Below, in pieces: positions 1 to 14,414 of a stretch of 64,000 bases of DNA. Position 1 is the first letter of the stretch, and each line of letters starts with the position of its first letter. The stretch comes from Octopus vulgaris (taxonomy: Eukaryota), in assembly GCA_951406725.2 (NCBI GenBank), contig OX597814.1, positions 158,534,001-158,598,000 of the forward strand, given 5' to 3'. The notes beneath the pieces are model-generated. The model made no database searches. It was not told the origin of the DNA and saw only the letters and a program-made list of their open reading frames with translations. The position numbers were made by a program, and so were the translations under genes.

Positions 1-1469
1 GAGATCCGGATTTCGCTTTACTTCAATGATTGGTCCGACTGACCTGCAGGATATTGAACTCATTTCCTCGCATCGCTTCAACTTCCACAATGAAGTCATC
101 CCGCTGGCTAGGCGGGCAGGTCATTTAATACCACTTCAGTTTACCTAGTTTCCAACCTCTAACGAAGAGACCATGTGCTCACTTCCCTGAGGCAGACCTT
201 CCGTAGGGTCAATATTCCGGTATATTTGTACATATCTATATGTATATTTGTAATATTTATATGTATATATATATCTGTGTGTGTGTGCGCGCGTATATGT
301 GTACACACATATGTATATATGTATGTGTATATTATCTGGTAACGCTTCAACAAGTAGAAAAATACTCAATCAGCTTAGAAAGTAAAGATAATCTTAAAAT
401 AAAATCATATATCTGTTAATACTGCTACCCAGAGTTTCCTGGTTTAAATAATAATTTACTCCGGCATTTATCAAGCAGATAACGTTTAAGACTAATATAT
501 ATATATATATACATATATACGATTATGTGTATGCAGATATATATAACGAGCAATATCTCTCCTGATGACGTAATATGAATCATGTATGTACTGACACCGT
601 TAAACTTAAAATTACGGTGCGTGTGTGAGTGTGTGTGTGTATGACTATGTGTTTGCATGTATGTGTGTAAGGGTGTGTGCGCGTGTACAAGAGTATTTAG
701 TGATTTGTAAAATGTTATAGGAGATCAAAGAACTAATTATTGGTGATCGTTTATTTTTTAGGAAAATATGATCATTACAATTCAGTTACAGATATATAAC
801 ACGTAGCTTCTACAGATTCTTCAAAGAAGACGTTATACGTCATTAGGATAGCAGTTATTACTTCGTATCCTTTTACGAGTCTGGATGCTATCTCGTTGTG
901 GTCAATGATCTGAATCAATGATTCGCAAGCTGGAAACATGTAACAACCGACCCTGCTGTTCATAAGTTTCATTACAAAATCACAATTGTGGGCATTTCTA
1001 GAACATAAATTATCAAAACCGCATTCACATGAAGTACCCAATGTAATGTTCTTATGGCAATTATTGCTTAATCCTCGGTTGTTCTTGAGTGACCAAACCA
1101 TGACCAAATGTTTTCTAGCCATGATTATCACATCGTTTTTAAAGTATATTGCATTAAAGAACATATGATTCAATCTGATGTATCGAACTATATCTGAAAC
1201 GATAAGGTATTTTAATGAGATTTAAGGAGTTTTTTTAACAGTGGGAAAAGACGCCCTGGAGACTCCACCATTGTTTGAAAAGTATTGTAAATTTAGCAGT
1301 GTCAATATGCAAATATAAGATCATTTGATCAAGATATAGTAACTGCCAAAAATATATAAATAAGTAAATCAAATTAAAAGAGAAAATAAAGATGAAATCA
1401 GAAAATATGCCCATTGGTGTCAAGTGAAAACAAGGACTTCAAGCAAACGGCACCTTAATAGGGGACCAC

Positions 1470-1860
1470 AGATTCACAATTGCTCCTCCATATACTACAT
1501 GGAAGTGGCGGTGCTGCAAAGTCGCAAATGTATATAATATCTGCCATGAAACGTCCACCAGCTATGATCAATGAAGATCATAACTGTCTACTAAACACCT
1601 CAAGAAGGGATGCACTCACGTGGGGATTCAAGAGATTGCAAAAGCTCTTGTCTAAACTACATGTCACGGGCTTCTGAACTATAGAAGTTCTAATATGTCA
1701 TTGTTGCAGAATTGTGGATTACCCCAATCACCACAACAAAGACTATTTGTCCCCTAGTCCTAGTTGTTGGTGTGTCAGTTATGTACCACACAGTTTTATC
1801 CACTAGGGATGCATACTAAACTTGCACAAAGGTCTTTTAAAGTGAGAAATATCTGCGTGG
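1470..1860 (+). pseudogene. Possible decayed PIF1-type helicase (Helitron-like) relic
   Basis: LHILHGSGGAAKS (Walker A-like) and PLVLVVGVSVMYHTVLSTRD (resembles the L.L.VG..VM...N motif). Heavily degraded. Confidence 0.3.
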
Positions 1861-3314
1861 ATATCCTCCTCATCCTCCTGTTCTTGCACAATATTGTCAC
1901 TATCAAGATAAAGTTCGACAACTGAGCTTGTAAGCGGATGCATGAGATTATCAAAGTGACTGCAATACTAACTCACCTAGTATGTATCCAAACCATAAAA
2001 TATTATTCTCAGATGTTTGCACTTCATTATGCTTTGTATCCCTGCATGACGGTATGTTGCCACTGCAACATCTGAAGCTGTGGAAATAAAGCTTACTTAT
2101 CTTTTCCTTACTTTATTTGAAGTATGAAATGGGACCATACTGCTAAACATATACATATTAGATATGTATATGCACACATTATTTGATGGACATTGACTCC
2201 ACTGAGTTCATCCTCCCGTCTACCTACCTTGTTTTTCTTCTGATAGGGTATCCAAAATAACCCTCCTCACAAAGCAGTTTGGTATTTGTCTATCGTAAGA
2301 GGTTTGTGAAGAGGGTGATATATATATATATATATCTATATTATCACTACTCCAGTTGATAGCTTTTGACCTATTGCATTTTCGGCTGTGAATATGTATT
2401 TGTTCAAGAATATTTTTTCACACACAAACAGGTACACAACTATATACAAAACGTACTGTCACTCGAACACAGAAGAAAGATATTTCCCAATTTTTAGCTA
2501 TTCCAACAATCAAGAGACAGCCTTGACTTATAGCAGAAATTTCGTTTATGTTTTCACGTAACCTATTATACGTAACTTATTTTAGCTGTTTAAAACAATA
2601 TTTAGTGTATATATATATATATGTATGTATCTATATCCTATGTGATAAGAATCTAAAACATTGGTTTTACATAATTTATCGAAATAAATTATTTATATTA
2701 ATAAATGTATCTAATACTTATTACAAACACCATTAAGGATAATGCGTTGTTCTTCAAAAAGTCAGAAAGGTAACTAGGTTGGATGGGAAATCTTTAATTC
2801 TTAGTTGTAGCATTCATATATCCAAAAATCTCTTTTCCTTTTTTTTTTTATAAAAGTAAGTAGAGTATATAGTTTTTACAAATAAATCTCAAAATATAAA
2901 ATGCCACTTCTAAGTAACACAAAATAAATTTGAAGCAAAATGAGTTTTCTTTTTCTTTGAGAAATAAAGGCGCTTATAAATTTGTGAATGCGTTACTAAT
3001 TTACTTCAAATATTTTGACAGACTTGGTCGTTATAATTTTATTAAAATAAGTGAGAAAACTAACATTAGTCTTTTTGTGAAGTCTAGATAGAAGAGAAAA
3101 ATGTTGCATCTGTAATCATGAAAAATTATTATTTTCGTACATATAATCTTGTTTTGGTTGCAAAACACTAGAAGATCGGGTAATTTAATTATTGCACGTT
3201 TGCTCTTATACAATTTAAGTTTCATATCTCATCGGGACCTGATGTCCAAGAAGACAATATATATGAGTTTCTAATCACAGAAACTTTAAAATATAAAAGT
3301 CAATGCTTTACTAC

Positions 3315-3471
3315 AGACATGACAGTGTGGTGAGAAGCTTGCTTACCAACCACACGGTTCCGTATTCCGTCCCGCTGCGTGACACCTTGGGCAAGTGTCT
3401 TCTACTATAGCCTCGGGCCGACCAAAGTCTTGTGAGTGGATTTGGTAGACGGAAACTGAAAGAAGCTCGTC

Positions 3472-3518
<47 letters not shown>

Positions 3519-3715
3519 CCCCCACAATCCCTTGACAACTGATGTTGGTGTGCTTACGTCACCAGTTCGGCAAAAGATGCCGATACAATAAGTACTATGC
3601 TTACAACGAATAAATCCTGGAGTCCATTTCTTCGATTAAAGCCCTTTAAGGCGGTGTTCCAGCATGGCTACAGTCAAATGGCTGAAACAAATAAAAGAAT
3701 AAAAGATTAAAAGAA
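3315..3715 (+). mobile_element. tRNA-derived CORE-like SINE (family 1)
   Basis: A/B-box-like head, CCTTGGGCAAGT core, internal (GT)n, tail GAAACAAATAAAAGAATAAAAG. Confidence 0.88.
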
Positions 3716-4056
3716 TAAACTCAATTTATCTAAAATGCAGAAATAGCGTAAAGCTCCAATAAAATAACGTTATATGAAATAATTTTATTTTCTGTCATAA
3801 CAACAACTGCATCAATATGCGTGAGTAATGAATAAACAAATACATGAACACATACTTATACGTACTTAGTCTTGCTGTGAAATTAGACCTAAAGGTGCCT
3901 TTCCGGCTGTTTAGTATAGAAATCAATGCGATCATTGTTAGATAACAATTCCTGAGAATTCACTCTACCAAAATCTTAGGGAGAAACTTATTACGTATTT
4001 GGTGACTCGTATGCTCGTATACCTCCAGTAAACTGGCGGAATCAGTAATTAAATAG

Positions 4057-4475
4057 AAGGCGGCAAGCTGGCAGAAACGTTAGCACTCCGGACGAAACGC
4101 TTAGCGGTATTTCGCCTGCCGCTACGTTCTGAGTTCAAATTCCGCCGAGGTCAACTTTGCCTTTTATCCTTTCGGGGTCGATTAAATAAGTACCAGTTAC
4201 GCACTGGAGTCGATATAATCGACTTAATCCGTTTGTCTGTCCTTGTTTGTCCTCTCTGTGTTTAGCCCCTTGTGAGTAGTAAAGAAATAGGTATTTCGTC
4301 TGCCGTTACGTTCTCAGTTCAAATTCCACCGAAGTCGACTTTACTTTTCATCCTTTTGAGGTCGATAAAGTAAGTACCAGTTGCGAACTGGAGTCGATGT
4401 AATCGACTTAATCCCTTTGTCTGTCCTTGTTTGTCCCCTCTATGTTTAGCCCCTTGTGGGTAATAAAGAAATAAA
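4057..4475 (+). mobile_element. tRNA-derived SINE family 2 with duplicated body and 17-bp TSD
   Basis: AAGGCGGCAAGCTGGCAGAA...GAGTTCAAAT...GCCTTTTATCCTTTCGGGGTCG. TSD aatcagtaattaa(a/g)tag at 4040-4056 and 4476-4492. Confidence 0.9.
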
Positions 4476-4988
4476 AATCAGTAATTAAGTAGTGATCCTT
4501 TACTTCGGACAATGCTACTGTTATGCACACAATATTTCTAGAGTGCATCCGACAAAAAATTATCCAACAGGCTACCAACACACTATATGCTCTGGCTGAC
4601 ACATGTTCTGATTTCTCCAAACATTTTACTCACTTATATTTCTCCTTAAAGTCACCCACCAAATGTATTTCCTGCTGACAGTGACTGATAAATGATCAAG
4701 TTAAATATAAACCACATCAATCTTCTCTTCATTATGATCATTATGAAAGGTCATGGAAACAGCCTGTTGTCCTGACTAACACATGAAGAACGTAAAACTG
4801 ATCGTGTGACCAAGTTAGGAACCAAATAAATCATTCTTAGTTACTGGTAAACAAACTGTCATAAATATATTAGCTCTCTTGTTCTCTCTTCTTCCTTTTT
4901 TCTTTCTTCCTTCTTCCCCACTCACAAACTCTCTCTCTCTCTCTGACACACACACACACACACATATATAAACCTGTATTCAACAATG

Positions 4989-5191
4989 TACGAGGCAGTA
5001 TCAAAATGTTCCCAGACTAGTTCTGCAGCGCGTCAACAAATGGCAGCACACGGTTGTGTGCGCAGTGAATGTTGAGACCTGTGTATTGCTGCGCAAGGTG
5101 ACAATTTCGAAGGAGATAGTGTTAAAACTTAGGTAATTAAGGTATCTTTATCAAGCATAACTAGCCCGGCAACGTTTTTATACCACCTCGT
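4989..5191. mobile_element. Mariner-derived MITE (internal deletion derivative of the 21.2-22.1 kb family)
   Basis: TA-CGAGGCAGTATCAAAA...TTTTATACCACCTCGT terminal inverted repeats. Both halves match the ends of 21198-22085. Confidence 0.75.
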
Positions 5192-5265
5192 TTCTAATAA
5201 AGGAGATATGGTATGTGGTATATTTGTTTATATTCTCGTCTCTTTTCTGTATATATATACGTGTA

Positions 5266-5915
5266 GGTGTGGGCGTGGCTGTATGGTAAGAGGTTTGCTT
5301 CTCAAGGCGGCAAGCTGGCAGAATCGTTAGCACGCATGGCGAAATGCGTAGCCGTATTTCGTCTGCCGTTACGTTCTGAGTTCAAATTCCGCCAAGGTCG
5401 ACTTTGCCTTTCATCCTTTCGGGGTGGAGATCGATTAAATAAGGACCAGTTACGCACTGGGGTCGATATAATCGACTTAATCCGTTTGTCTGTCCTTCTT
5501 TTTCCCCTCTGTGTGTAGCCCCTGGTGGGCAGTAAAGACGTAAGGGGCTTGCTTCTCAGCCACATGGTTCTGGGATCAGTACCACAATGTGGCACATTGA
5601 GCAAGTGTCTTCTACTATAGCCTCGGTTTAACCAAAGCAAAGCCATGTGATCGGATTTGGTAGACGGAAACGGCAAGAAACCCGTCGTATATGGGTGTGT
5701 GTGTTTCTTTGTGTTTTTGCCTGTCCTGCACCACCCTTTGACAACCGGAGTTAGTTTGTTTCCATCCTCGAAATTTAGCGGCTCGGTAAAAGAGACCGAT
5801 AGAATAAGTACCAGGTTTTAAAAACGTAAACTCTGGGGTCGATTTGCTCGACTAAAGGTTTCAAGGTAGTGATTCAGCATGGCCAAAGTACAGTGACTAA
5901 AACATGTAGAAAATA
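5266..5915 (+). mobile_element. Family 1 SINE with nested family 2 SINE (5304-5539)
   Basis: 18-bp TSD at 5286-5303 and 5540-5557 with 2 mismatches. Confidence 0.88.
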
Positions 5916-5997
5916 AAACAAAAGACGTGTGTGTTCGCGTGCGTGTGTGCATGAGCGCGCACGTGCATCTGTGTGTGTGTGTGTGTGTGTGTGCGTG

Positions 5998-6049
<52 letters not shown>

Positions 6050-9000
6050 CAAATGTGTATATGTGTGAGAGAGAGAAATCCACTGCATAATGTAATGAAC
6101 ACTTTTTGATATTAGAAAATGTCATCTGCTTTTACATGCAAGTTAACAAACTTCTAGAAACAGGTTTTGTATTTACACAGATGTTGCTGAAAGGCTAGAA
6201 TTTTTAATGTAAGCTTTGTTCAGGTAGCAGATGACTTTTAAGTGAGATTTACTTTGAGTAAAATACATAGCAAATATAGAAAAGAATATCAACACCAGAA
6301 TTTGCTTGAGAAAACCAGTTTTAAAAGATTAATATTAAATTAAGATGTAAAATCTAGAGGTTAAGAAGAATGAGCTGTGTAATTTTGTAGCTGAAATTTT
6401 CCATTGCAATACCATTGATATAAATAGAATTATATTTGATTAAAAAAAGGTAAAATCTTCAAACTAAGCTTAAATATAGTTTCTATTTCAAGCTAAAGGA
6501 GAGATGCATTAAAGGACAATAATTTGAGAGGGGGAGCTTAAAACAAGATAGATTTCATCCAAAAACAAGGAAAATTGCAAGTATATCTTTTTAATACTTG
6601 GAATTTAGAGCAGGGTGTCAAAATAATACGAAATTTTGTAATACTATGATAGAAATGACAAAATATTGTACATATCTTTATTCTATTTTCTCCCTCATCG
6701 TCGAAGATATATATTTAATTTCTTTTGTTTAATTATTAATATTTTTAAAATATAATTAGTAATTAATTAAAGAAATTGAAAATCTGTAATTAATAGAATA
6801 TCTTAGGAAAAACAAGTATATTGACAAAATTGCTCTACAGAAAACATTGTGAAACGGCAGATGTGATAATAACAATAAATATTTTTCTTCGTGTAGCTAG
6901 TATCGAATACAGAATGGAAAATGACAAGTAGCTAAAACTGCAGCTTGGGTTTCATTTCCTGTTAACTGTCAATTTACAAATTTTCTTCGGGGGAAGAATA
7001 TCTAAATTGAATTCTATTCATTTCCATTGTGTAAGGAATCCCTTGTATAATAATTTCATTTTTGTAAACATTTGAACATCTCAATATCTTTCAAAACAAT
7101 GCCTCGGTTTCTGTATAAATATGAAAAATGAATATTTTGATATTTTAACAATATTTTGTTTTAACTGCTTAAAACTGTTTGGTTAGAAGTAAGTTATATT
7201 TTGAGTAAAATGTGTAAATAGATAAAGGAAAAGATAAATTATAGTTTAATTAAATAACAGTTTCAAGAGATTGATATATAATTTAGGTGTCAAATGTAGA
7301 CTTTGGAGGGAGTAATTTGTATCTAACTTTGTGGGGAGAATTCACAGTTCTAATACCATTGATGAAAATATAAAAGCAGAATTAGCATCATCGTGGGTTT
7401 TCTCAACCATACTTGTTATCTCGCCTACTTCAATTGCTCTCGTTTGTCTGCCTCTAACATTAGCACTTAGTTGAGCGTGGAGACCCAGGTTTCATCGAAA
7501 CATTCGATAACATGCTAGATATGGGATTGTTTATGATTTTTATTCGCGGTGGTGATAGCTTTTTCCAGGCCTTTCTGGTGATACTTGTTTTTACTGTAAA
7601 AAATATTCGTAGCTAAGATATCAGAAATTTTTCCATCATTTTTACTCCTTTGCGACAGTTACGAACTACTTTGTTTGCATATTGCAAACTCTCTTTTGTG
7701 ACCCTCCGTTAAAACGTTTCCTTGTCGCAAGTTCAGGATAAAACACGATCTTTGAGAGTTGCTTAATGTCGATCCTTTGAATATGATCAGTCTAGGCTGA
7801 TGACCAACAACTTGATGCTTGCTATTTCTGGTTGTTCAAGGACGTAAGTGTTAGTAATTTGTACCCAGTTAATACCAAGAAATAAACGAAGTTTTCATTG
7901 ATAGATCCGTTCAGGTTGTTCAATGTGACGTCAATTAGGATTCCGTTTCTCAGAAGAATAAAGTATTGATAAAGACTACTCAGTTTATGGACAGCTTAGT
8001 GGTAGATTTTAAGTCCATAATCCTTGAAGATAAGGCTTCCCATTAGCAGTATGGGCCGTTCGTAAATTGGCATTGATATCGTTACTGATAATCGCATTTA
8101 GAACCAAGGTTTCGAAAGGAGATTTATTCGATAAATGAATTTTATTTGGGCTGGGCTTTAAAAAAAACCTGGGACGGCTAAATATTCGAAACGAAAGACA
8201 AATTCTATTTCATATTTCAAGCTAAAGGAGAAAATGCATAAGATTATGATGGTTTCGGCAGAGGAAATCTTCTAGCCAGAATGTATTTCATTATCTTATA
8301 AACATATTCTATCTATCATATTTATTACTTAACTTTTACTCTGTATGTTTACTTCATACGTTTCCCCCGTTTATTTAATCAGATTCATTCTGGCTCACAT
8401 AAATTGTTGTATATTCCGGGTGTGCTAGATATGCGCTGCACACCCATCGAGATTGGCAAATCATTAGTTTAATCACAAATCTTTACGGAAAACTTTGTTA
8501 TATCTCTGCTTGATATTTGGTGGCATTGGATGTGACAGCACACCCAATACAGCAACTACCATACGCCACTCATTTTTATGTCTTCAAGTAATAACTTTGC
8601 TTAATATACACATTTAAATTCAAATAAAAATAACACTATAGTGTAGCATATGTCAATTAGATATTCACGCATGCTTACGTATAATTATAGAAAATGTAAT
8701 GTAAGCAAGTAGAAACGTTAAGTTTACAATGCATTTTTTTTCTTTAAGCATAACACTTCTTGAAAGCAGGGTGTGTATAGAGCGCAGGTACATCTGTGTG
8801 GTAAAGAAGCCCTATAAGGCAAATTTGGTAAACGGAAGCCCATTGAAGAAACCTATCCTGTTCTTGAGTACTAAACTAAATTTGTCATCTAGTCTAGCAA
8901 TACCTCCACCTGACCTTTCGGTGCCTTTATCAGAGTCTGTTAGGAATCAAGTACTATTGTCAGATCTCTGGCTGGGGATAACTTCCATCCTGTCTCCTAC

Positions 9001-10019
9001 TCCTTATCTTTCTCTCTTGACTAATGTCGTTCAAAGAAATATTGACTCCTGCTTCAATCATAAAACTGCTTCTCGTTTTACTGGAATACAATAGAAAGTA
9101 GATATGCGGTGTGCAATACAGACAACAGAGGTACACTTTTGTAAATATTGCAAAACATCAAGTCAAACGTATTGCCAAATATGTAATTTCAATAGGTTTC
9201 ATTGGAATTTATATAAAAAAAACATTCAATCCAAGCTGATTGCCTTTTAACTCGCTGCTATTTTGTGGAGCCAATGTACAAAAAAGATGTGGGAAGTTGT
9301 TTTATCTTATTTCCCAGCGTTATCTTCTTTTTAGATGGTTCACTTGAAAAATCATAAACATCTTTTTTACTTCCTGTGTTATAAAGTAACTGTCGATTCA
9401 TAACAACCAAAAGTCTGGATGTAATAGAATCCAATATACTAGAAGTATGGTGTGCAAATATTTGATAGTAAATATAACACATTTATCACCTTTCTTTCTT
9501 TCAACAAATTTGATTATAAAATTTCTTCGTGAAAAGAAAATCTTGAACAGATACTACAAACACAAAGCGTTGGCGGCAAGGATAAAATTCAAGATGGTAA
9601 TCTTAAAATGTCTTTCATGTGATACTATCCTTCGGCATCAGCTACTTAAGATAATAAAAATATTTGATTTAAACTTTTTATTTAGAGTTATTAAGAATAA
9701 TTTGATGGGGAAATGCAGAAGGATAGTATTTTGGAGATAAACATATATTCAAAGAAAAATACACACCAGCTCAAATGTTATATAACACATGAACACGGAC
9801 GTACACACGCTCGCACACACACATATATATATATTATTTTATTGTTTTATTGCATATCATTTTATTGCTTTATTTCTTTTAGTCACTAGACAGCAGCCAT
9901 GCTGAGGCACCGCATTAAAGGTTTTAGTCGAAAAAATCGACCTCAGTACGTTTTTTGTTTTTCGAATGCCTAGTATTTATTCTATCAGCATCGCAAACAC
10001 AGAGACACTCACACAGTTT

Positions 10020-10208
10020 CATACATACATACATACATACATACATACATACATACATACATACATACATACATACATACATACATACATACATACATAC
10101 ATGCATGCATGCATACATGCATACATACATACATACATACATACATACATACATACATACATACATACATACATACATACATACATACATACATACATAC
10201 ATACATAC
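10020..10208. repeat. (CATA)n microsatellite; others at 13693-13905, 27241-27320, 27904-27983, 50532-50628
   Basis: Directly visible. Confidence 0.98.
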
Positions 10209-10209
10209 A

Positions 10210-13200
10210 CCACCACAGATGAAGCTAACAACGTCACCACTGATTAAAATAGAACTACTTCACCACTAACTTATTTAAGAAGACTTAAGTGCTGTTCTCA
10301 TTTTACGTAAGTGCTGTTCTCATTTTACTTACTCATTTTACTCAACAAGATTTAAACTAAACCAAGATTTACTTCGGTTCTATGAAAAAGCCTGAGATGA
10401 CCCTTCTATCGGATACATGAAGCGGTTAAAACAATACTGGAACGAAGCTCATCCCAACTTAAATACCTTCATGGCGAAACAGTTGTAAAACAAATTGACT
10501 GGTCCTAGATCCTCCTAAAATACTGAAATGGGTCAAAATCTTCCAGATGTGGCGTAAAAAAATAATGTAAATAAACCATCGCTCCCGCCATCGCTAAATT
10601 CGAATGTGTCCCAAATTTAACTGACTCAGTATCGAAGACTGCGGCATACATCCAACTCAAAAACATTTTAAAATTACAATTTACAAAAAACTTTGCTACT
10701 TTCTCGAAGCTTTCGTTGAGCAACAGACTATTCCCAACACAAGTGAGAAAAAATTCAACCGATCTAATGTTTAAGGATGTCGCTGGAAAGCACATGGAGT
10801 CATGTGATGTTAATTACTGGAATATTAATACTCTTATATACACAGCCGCTATTACTCTTACAGAGCATCTAGGAGAAATCGACAGTGAATTAAGTAATGA
10901 AATTACTAAACGGAAACAACCTAGATGGAAAACAAAACTTGAAGAAAACATCAACAACTTGAGTCGATATATTGGATGGTTAACTACAACAATAGAATGT
11001 AAGGAGAAAAATGAGTTTACACCTCTTCAATTCTACCTTCGACACAAAAATTAATGCAAGTTTTTTGTAATTCTTCACACCGAGCTCCTGAGAGGAAGCT
11101 AATCACTTCAAAACACGAACTCAGGACGATGAGCGAGAAACTCCGCTATCGCAAGCGAATTTTGAGCGAGCCAGCATCAATCGTAAGTTTGCTTCCAACC
11201 CAGAAGTATTATACAGAGAGATGAGGAAGGAAAATATTACCATTAAGAAAGCTCCCTCCTAAGAAGATCTACAAGCATTCTGGTCACAGATTCGAACGAA
11301 AAGAGGGATTTCAATCTGTATGCATCATGGTTAAATACAATTGAGAGAGAATACTGTACCAACACTAACAGTAAAACGTACAAAATTGATGCAGAAACTT
11401 TCGCTATAGCTGTAGGCAAACTGCAGAATGAGAAGGCACCTGGAAGGGACCTAATAGTTGGATATTGGTGCAAGAAGCTGACATTTTATAGAAATTAATT
11501 GATGTGTATTTTCAAAAGGACTATGGAGGGTCAGACTGATATATTATATTGGCTTACTACAACAAGGACAAGTCTTGTTGCCTAAAATGAAATCACCGAG
11601 ATGGCAGGAAACTACAAGCCCATTGCTTGCCTAAACATTATGCACAAACTGTACACAAGTTGCTTCAACCAATTCCTCCAGGACCATTGTTAGATGAACA
11701 ACATCATGACTGAGGAACAGGGTGGTAGAAAGAAGGGAGTGTGGGGGTGTGCCGAACAACTTTTAATAAAGAAAGCTGTACTGTCTGGAACGCAGAAACC
11801 TTGTGACAATATGGTTTGACTATAAAAAGGCATTCGAGTCTATTCCTCCTTGATGGGTGTTAGAGTGTCTACATCTGGTAAAGGTACCTTCTACTTTAAT
11901 TCCTGCTATAGAGGGACTCACAAAGGCATGGGCAACAATTCTTACACTTACAACTGAGAACAGAATAATTGTTTCTAATAGTATAGGCATTACAAAGGGA
12001 ATATTCCAGGGAGGTAGTATTTCTGTATTTCTTTTCATTTTGGCACTGAATCCATTATCATTCCTATTGCAGAAAACAAATGGCTACATGCTAGAATCTT
12101 CAACTTTGTAGACGATTTGAAGATTTATGCTAAAAGTTTTAACAATGCCAAAAAAAAACAGCTGGAATTAATAACATTTTCAGCTGATATAGGCGTGGAA
12201 TATTGCCAAAAGAAATTTGGCTATAGAACGAGCAAAGTCAGTTCCCCAAACCCCAAACCTGTGCCTCAACGGTCTCTCTATCTCCCCCATTCCACACAAA
12301 GAATGTTACAAGTACCAAGACATAGACGAAAATGTGTCATATGAAAGCACTGTGAATAAAGTTAGAGTGACCCGAGAATATTACACCAGACTTAGGAAAA
12401 TAATATCGCACAATGCATTTGCAGTACCAGTGCTGATCCCAACATTTGAGATACTTGATTGATCTGTAGAAGAAATCCACCCCATAGATATCAAAACCCG
12501 CAAAATCCTGACAACTGGGAACTTCCACAGAAACAGTGATGTTGATAGGCTTTACCTAAGAAGAAATGAAGGTGGTAGAGGCCTGAGATTAGTGCAGACG
12601 GCCTTCGAATGCCGTATGGTATCACTCAGGCAGCACCTGCTAAATAACAGCAGCAAAATTAAATGTATTAATGCAGTCCTGAAAAGTGAAGTGAGCAACA
12701 TTGTACGAGTTGGCAGTGCCCACCCCCCCTAAGAAATACTCTCTTCCTGATGATCTCCTATACAGCCCCAAAACAGCTGGGCTCTCTTACCTCAGAGAAG
12801 ACTTGGATGGAAAGCACTCAGCTTACACAAAAAAAAAATGCATGGGTATGTTGCCCGGAAGCCTTATTGACACCAAGTGCAGCCTCTCTTGGACACAAGA
12901 CCACATCACATTTTGAAGGTTATGCGTTTGCAATCCAGGAACAGGAGACTGCCACAAAGTACCTGGTGAACAAGAGAAACAGTGGTGCTCTTGTAATCCC
13001 AAGGTGCAACTGCATGTGTAGGCTATGTCATGTTTCTGTGGAAGACATTACGCATATGATTAGCAGCTGTTCTAAATTGTCGTCACAGTACTACCTCCCT
13101 ATGTGGCACGATGTTGTTGCTAAAACAATTTGCAATGCCATCCGCAAAAATGATTGTCCAGAAATAAACTTAGAAAATCCCTCTGTCATGGAATACACTC

Positions 13201-13692
13201 ATAAGCATCAACTCAAGGAATACTGGTTGAATATTCTCATCAAAATTTCTATCAAAGGCCGAATATTGTTGTTTGGGACGGAGGGACAAAGGTATGTACC
13301 ATCACAGAAGTTAGATGCCCCGCAAATATAAATATCTCTTTGAAAATCGAAGAGAGTATATCTATGGACAACTGCCTCGAAACCTCTAGCTTCTATACCC
13401 AGGCTATGAATTCATATTCATACCAATAATAATTGGAGCACTAGATTTTGTTAGAAACGCTTAAAGGAGAATCTGAATAAACTGGGATTTTCAGAAAGAG
13501 AAATTCACCGGGTGATTCGTACATTACAAGTTCAATCTGTGAGTCGAACAGTAAAAATATGCAAGACTTTTCTCAAGTTCCAAATGTGAAATTCTCTGTA
13601 TTAATTACATCCCAAAGATGGAGCCTTGTATCTTTGTTGGAATCCGGCTCCCTCCTCAGTGAAAGATTTATAATGATTAAAAAATAGAAGAG
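10210..13692 (+). mobile_element. Degenerate RLE-type (R4/Dong-like) non-LTR retrotransposon within (CATA)n
   Basis: Broken frames give KAPGRD, NYKPIACLN, WFDYKKAF, GIFQGGSIS, FVDDLK, DRLYLRRNEGGRGL, CRLC...HMISSC, WHDVVAK. Confidence 0.9.
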
Positions 13693-14079
13693 ACATACAT
13701 ACATACATACATACATACATACATACATGCATGCATACATACATACATACATACATACATACATACATACATACATGCATGCATGCATACATACATACAT
13801 ACATACATACATACATACATACATACATACATACATACATACATACATACATACATACATGCATACATACATACATACATACATACATACATACATACAT
13901 ACATACACACAAAAAGACCCTATTATTGATGTTGAAATTCCAGTGCAGAAGCCTTGGATCCAGGTTAGAAACCAGCTCTTTCTCTATTGATAAGAAATCT
14001 GGAAATAAAACTGAATAATGACATAACACATAACACATATATGTATCTATATACATATATATATATATATGTATATATG

Positions 14080-14110
<31 letters not shown>

Positions 14111-14392
14111 ATCACGTGACCGACCAGACCATCAGATATTGCTACACATCGCTGGTCACAATGCGTTCGCATTGTTTTAGCCTTCGAATGACGCCACCCC
14201 GCTGGCTAAGCGACCAGGCCAACAGACGAAAGAGTGAGAGAAATAGTGGTGAAAGAGTACAGCAGGGATCACCACCCCCTGCTGGAGCCTCGTGGAGCTT
14301 TTAGATGTTTTCGCTTAATAAACACTCACAACACCCGGTCTGGGAATCGAAACCGCGATCCTACGACCACGAGTCCGCCGCCCTAACCACTG
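14111..14392 (-). mobile_element. tRNA-derived SINE family 3 (short-tail variant)
   Basis: Minus-strand head CAGTGGTTAGGG...GGTTTCGATTCCC is shared with 39215+. Tail is shared with 60388-60501. Confidence 0.85.
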
Positions 14393-14414
14393 TATATATG
14401 TATGTATATAAGGC

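Noticed and set aside
555-620. CTGATGA followed by a CGTAAT/ATTACG stem
   Set aside because: No GAAA or stem III follows and it runs into (GT)n. At best a truncated hammerhead.
3315-3390. tRNA-like A/B boxes in SINE heads
   Set aside because: No cloverleaf or acceptor stem; these are SINE heads, not tRNA genes.
9100-9210. Cys-rich stretch (FCKYCK...YCQICN) suggestive of a transposase tail
   Set aside because: Too short and degenerate to assign.
9924-10269. Many ORFs of [16 protein letters not shown], poly-I/L/N type throughout the window
   Set aside because: Translations of stop-free microsatellites, not genes.
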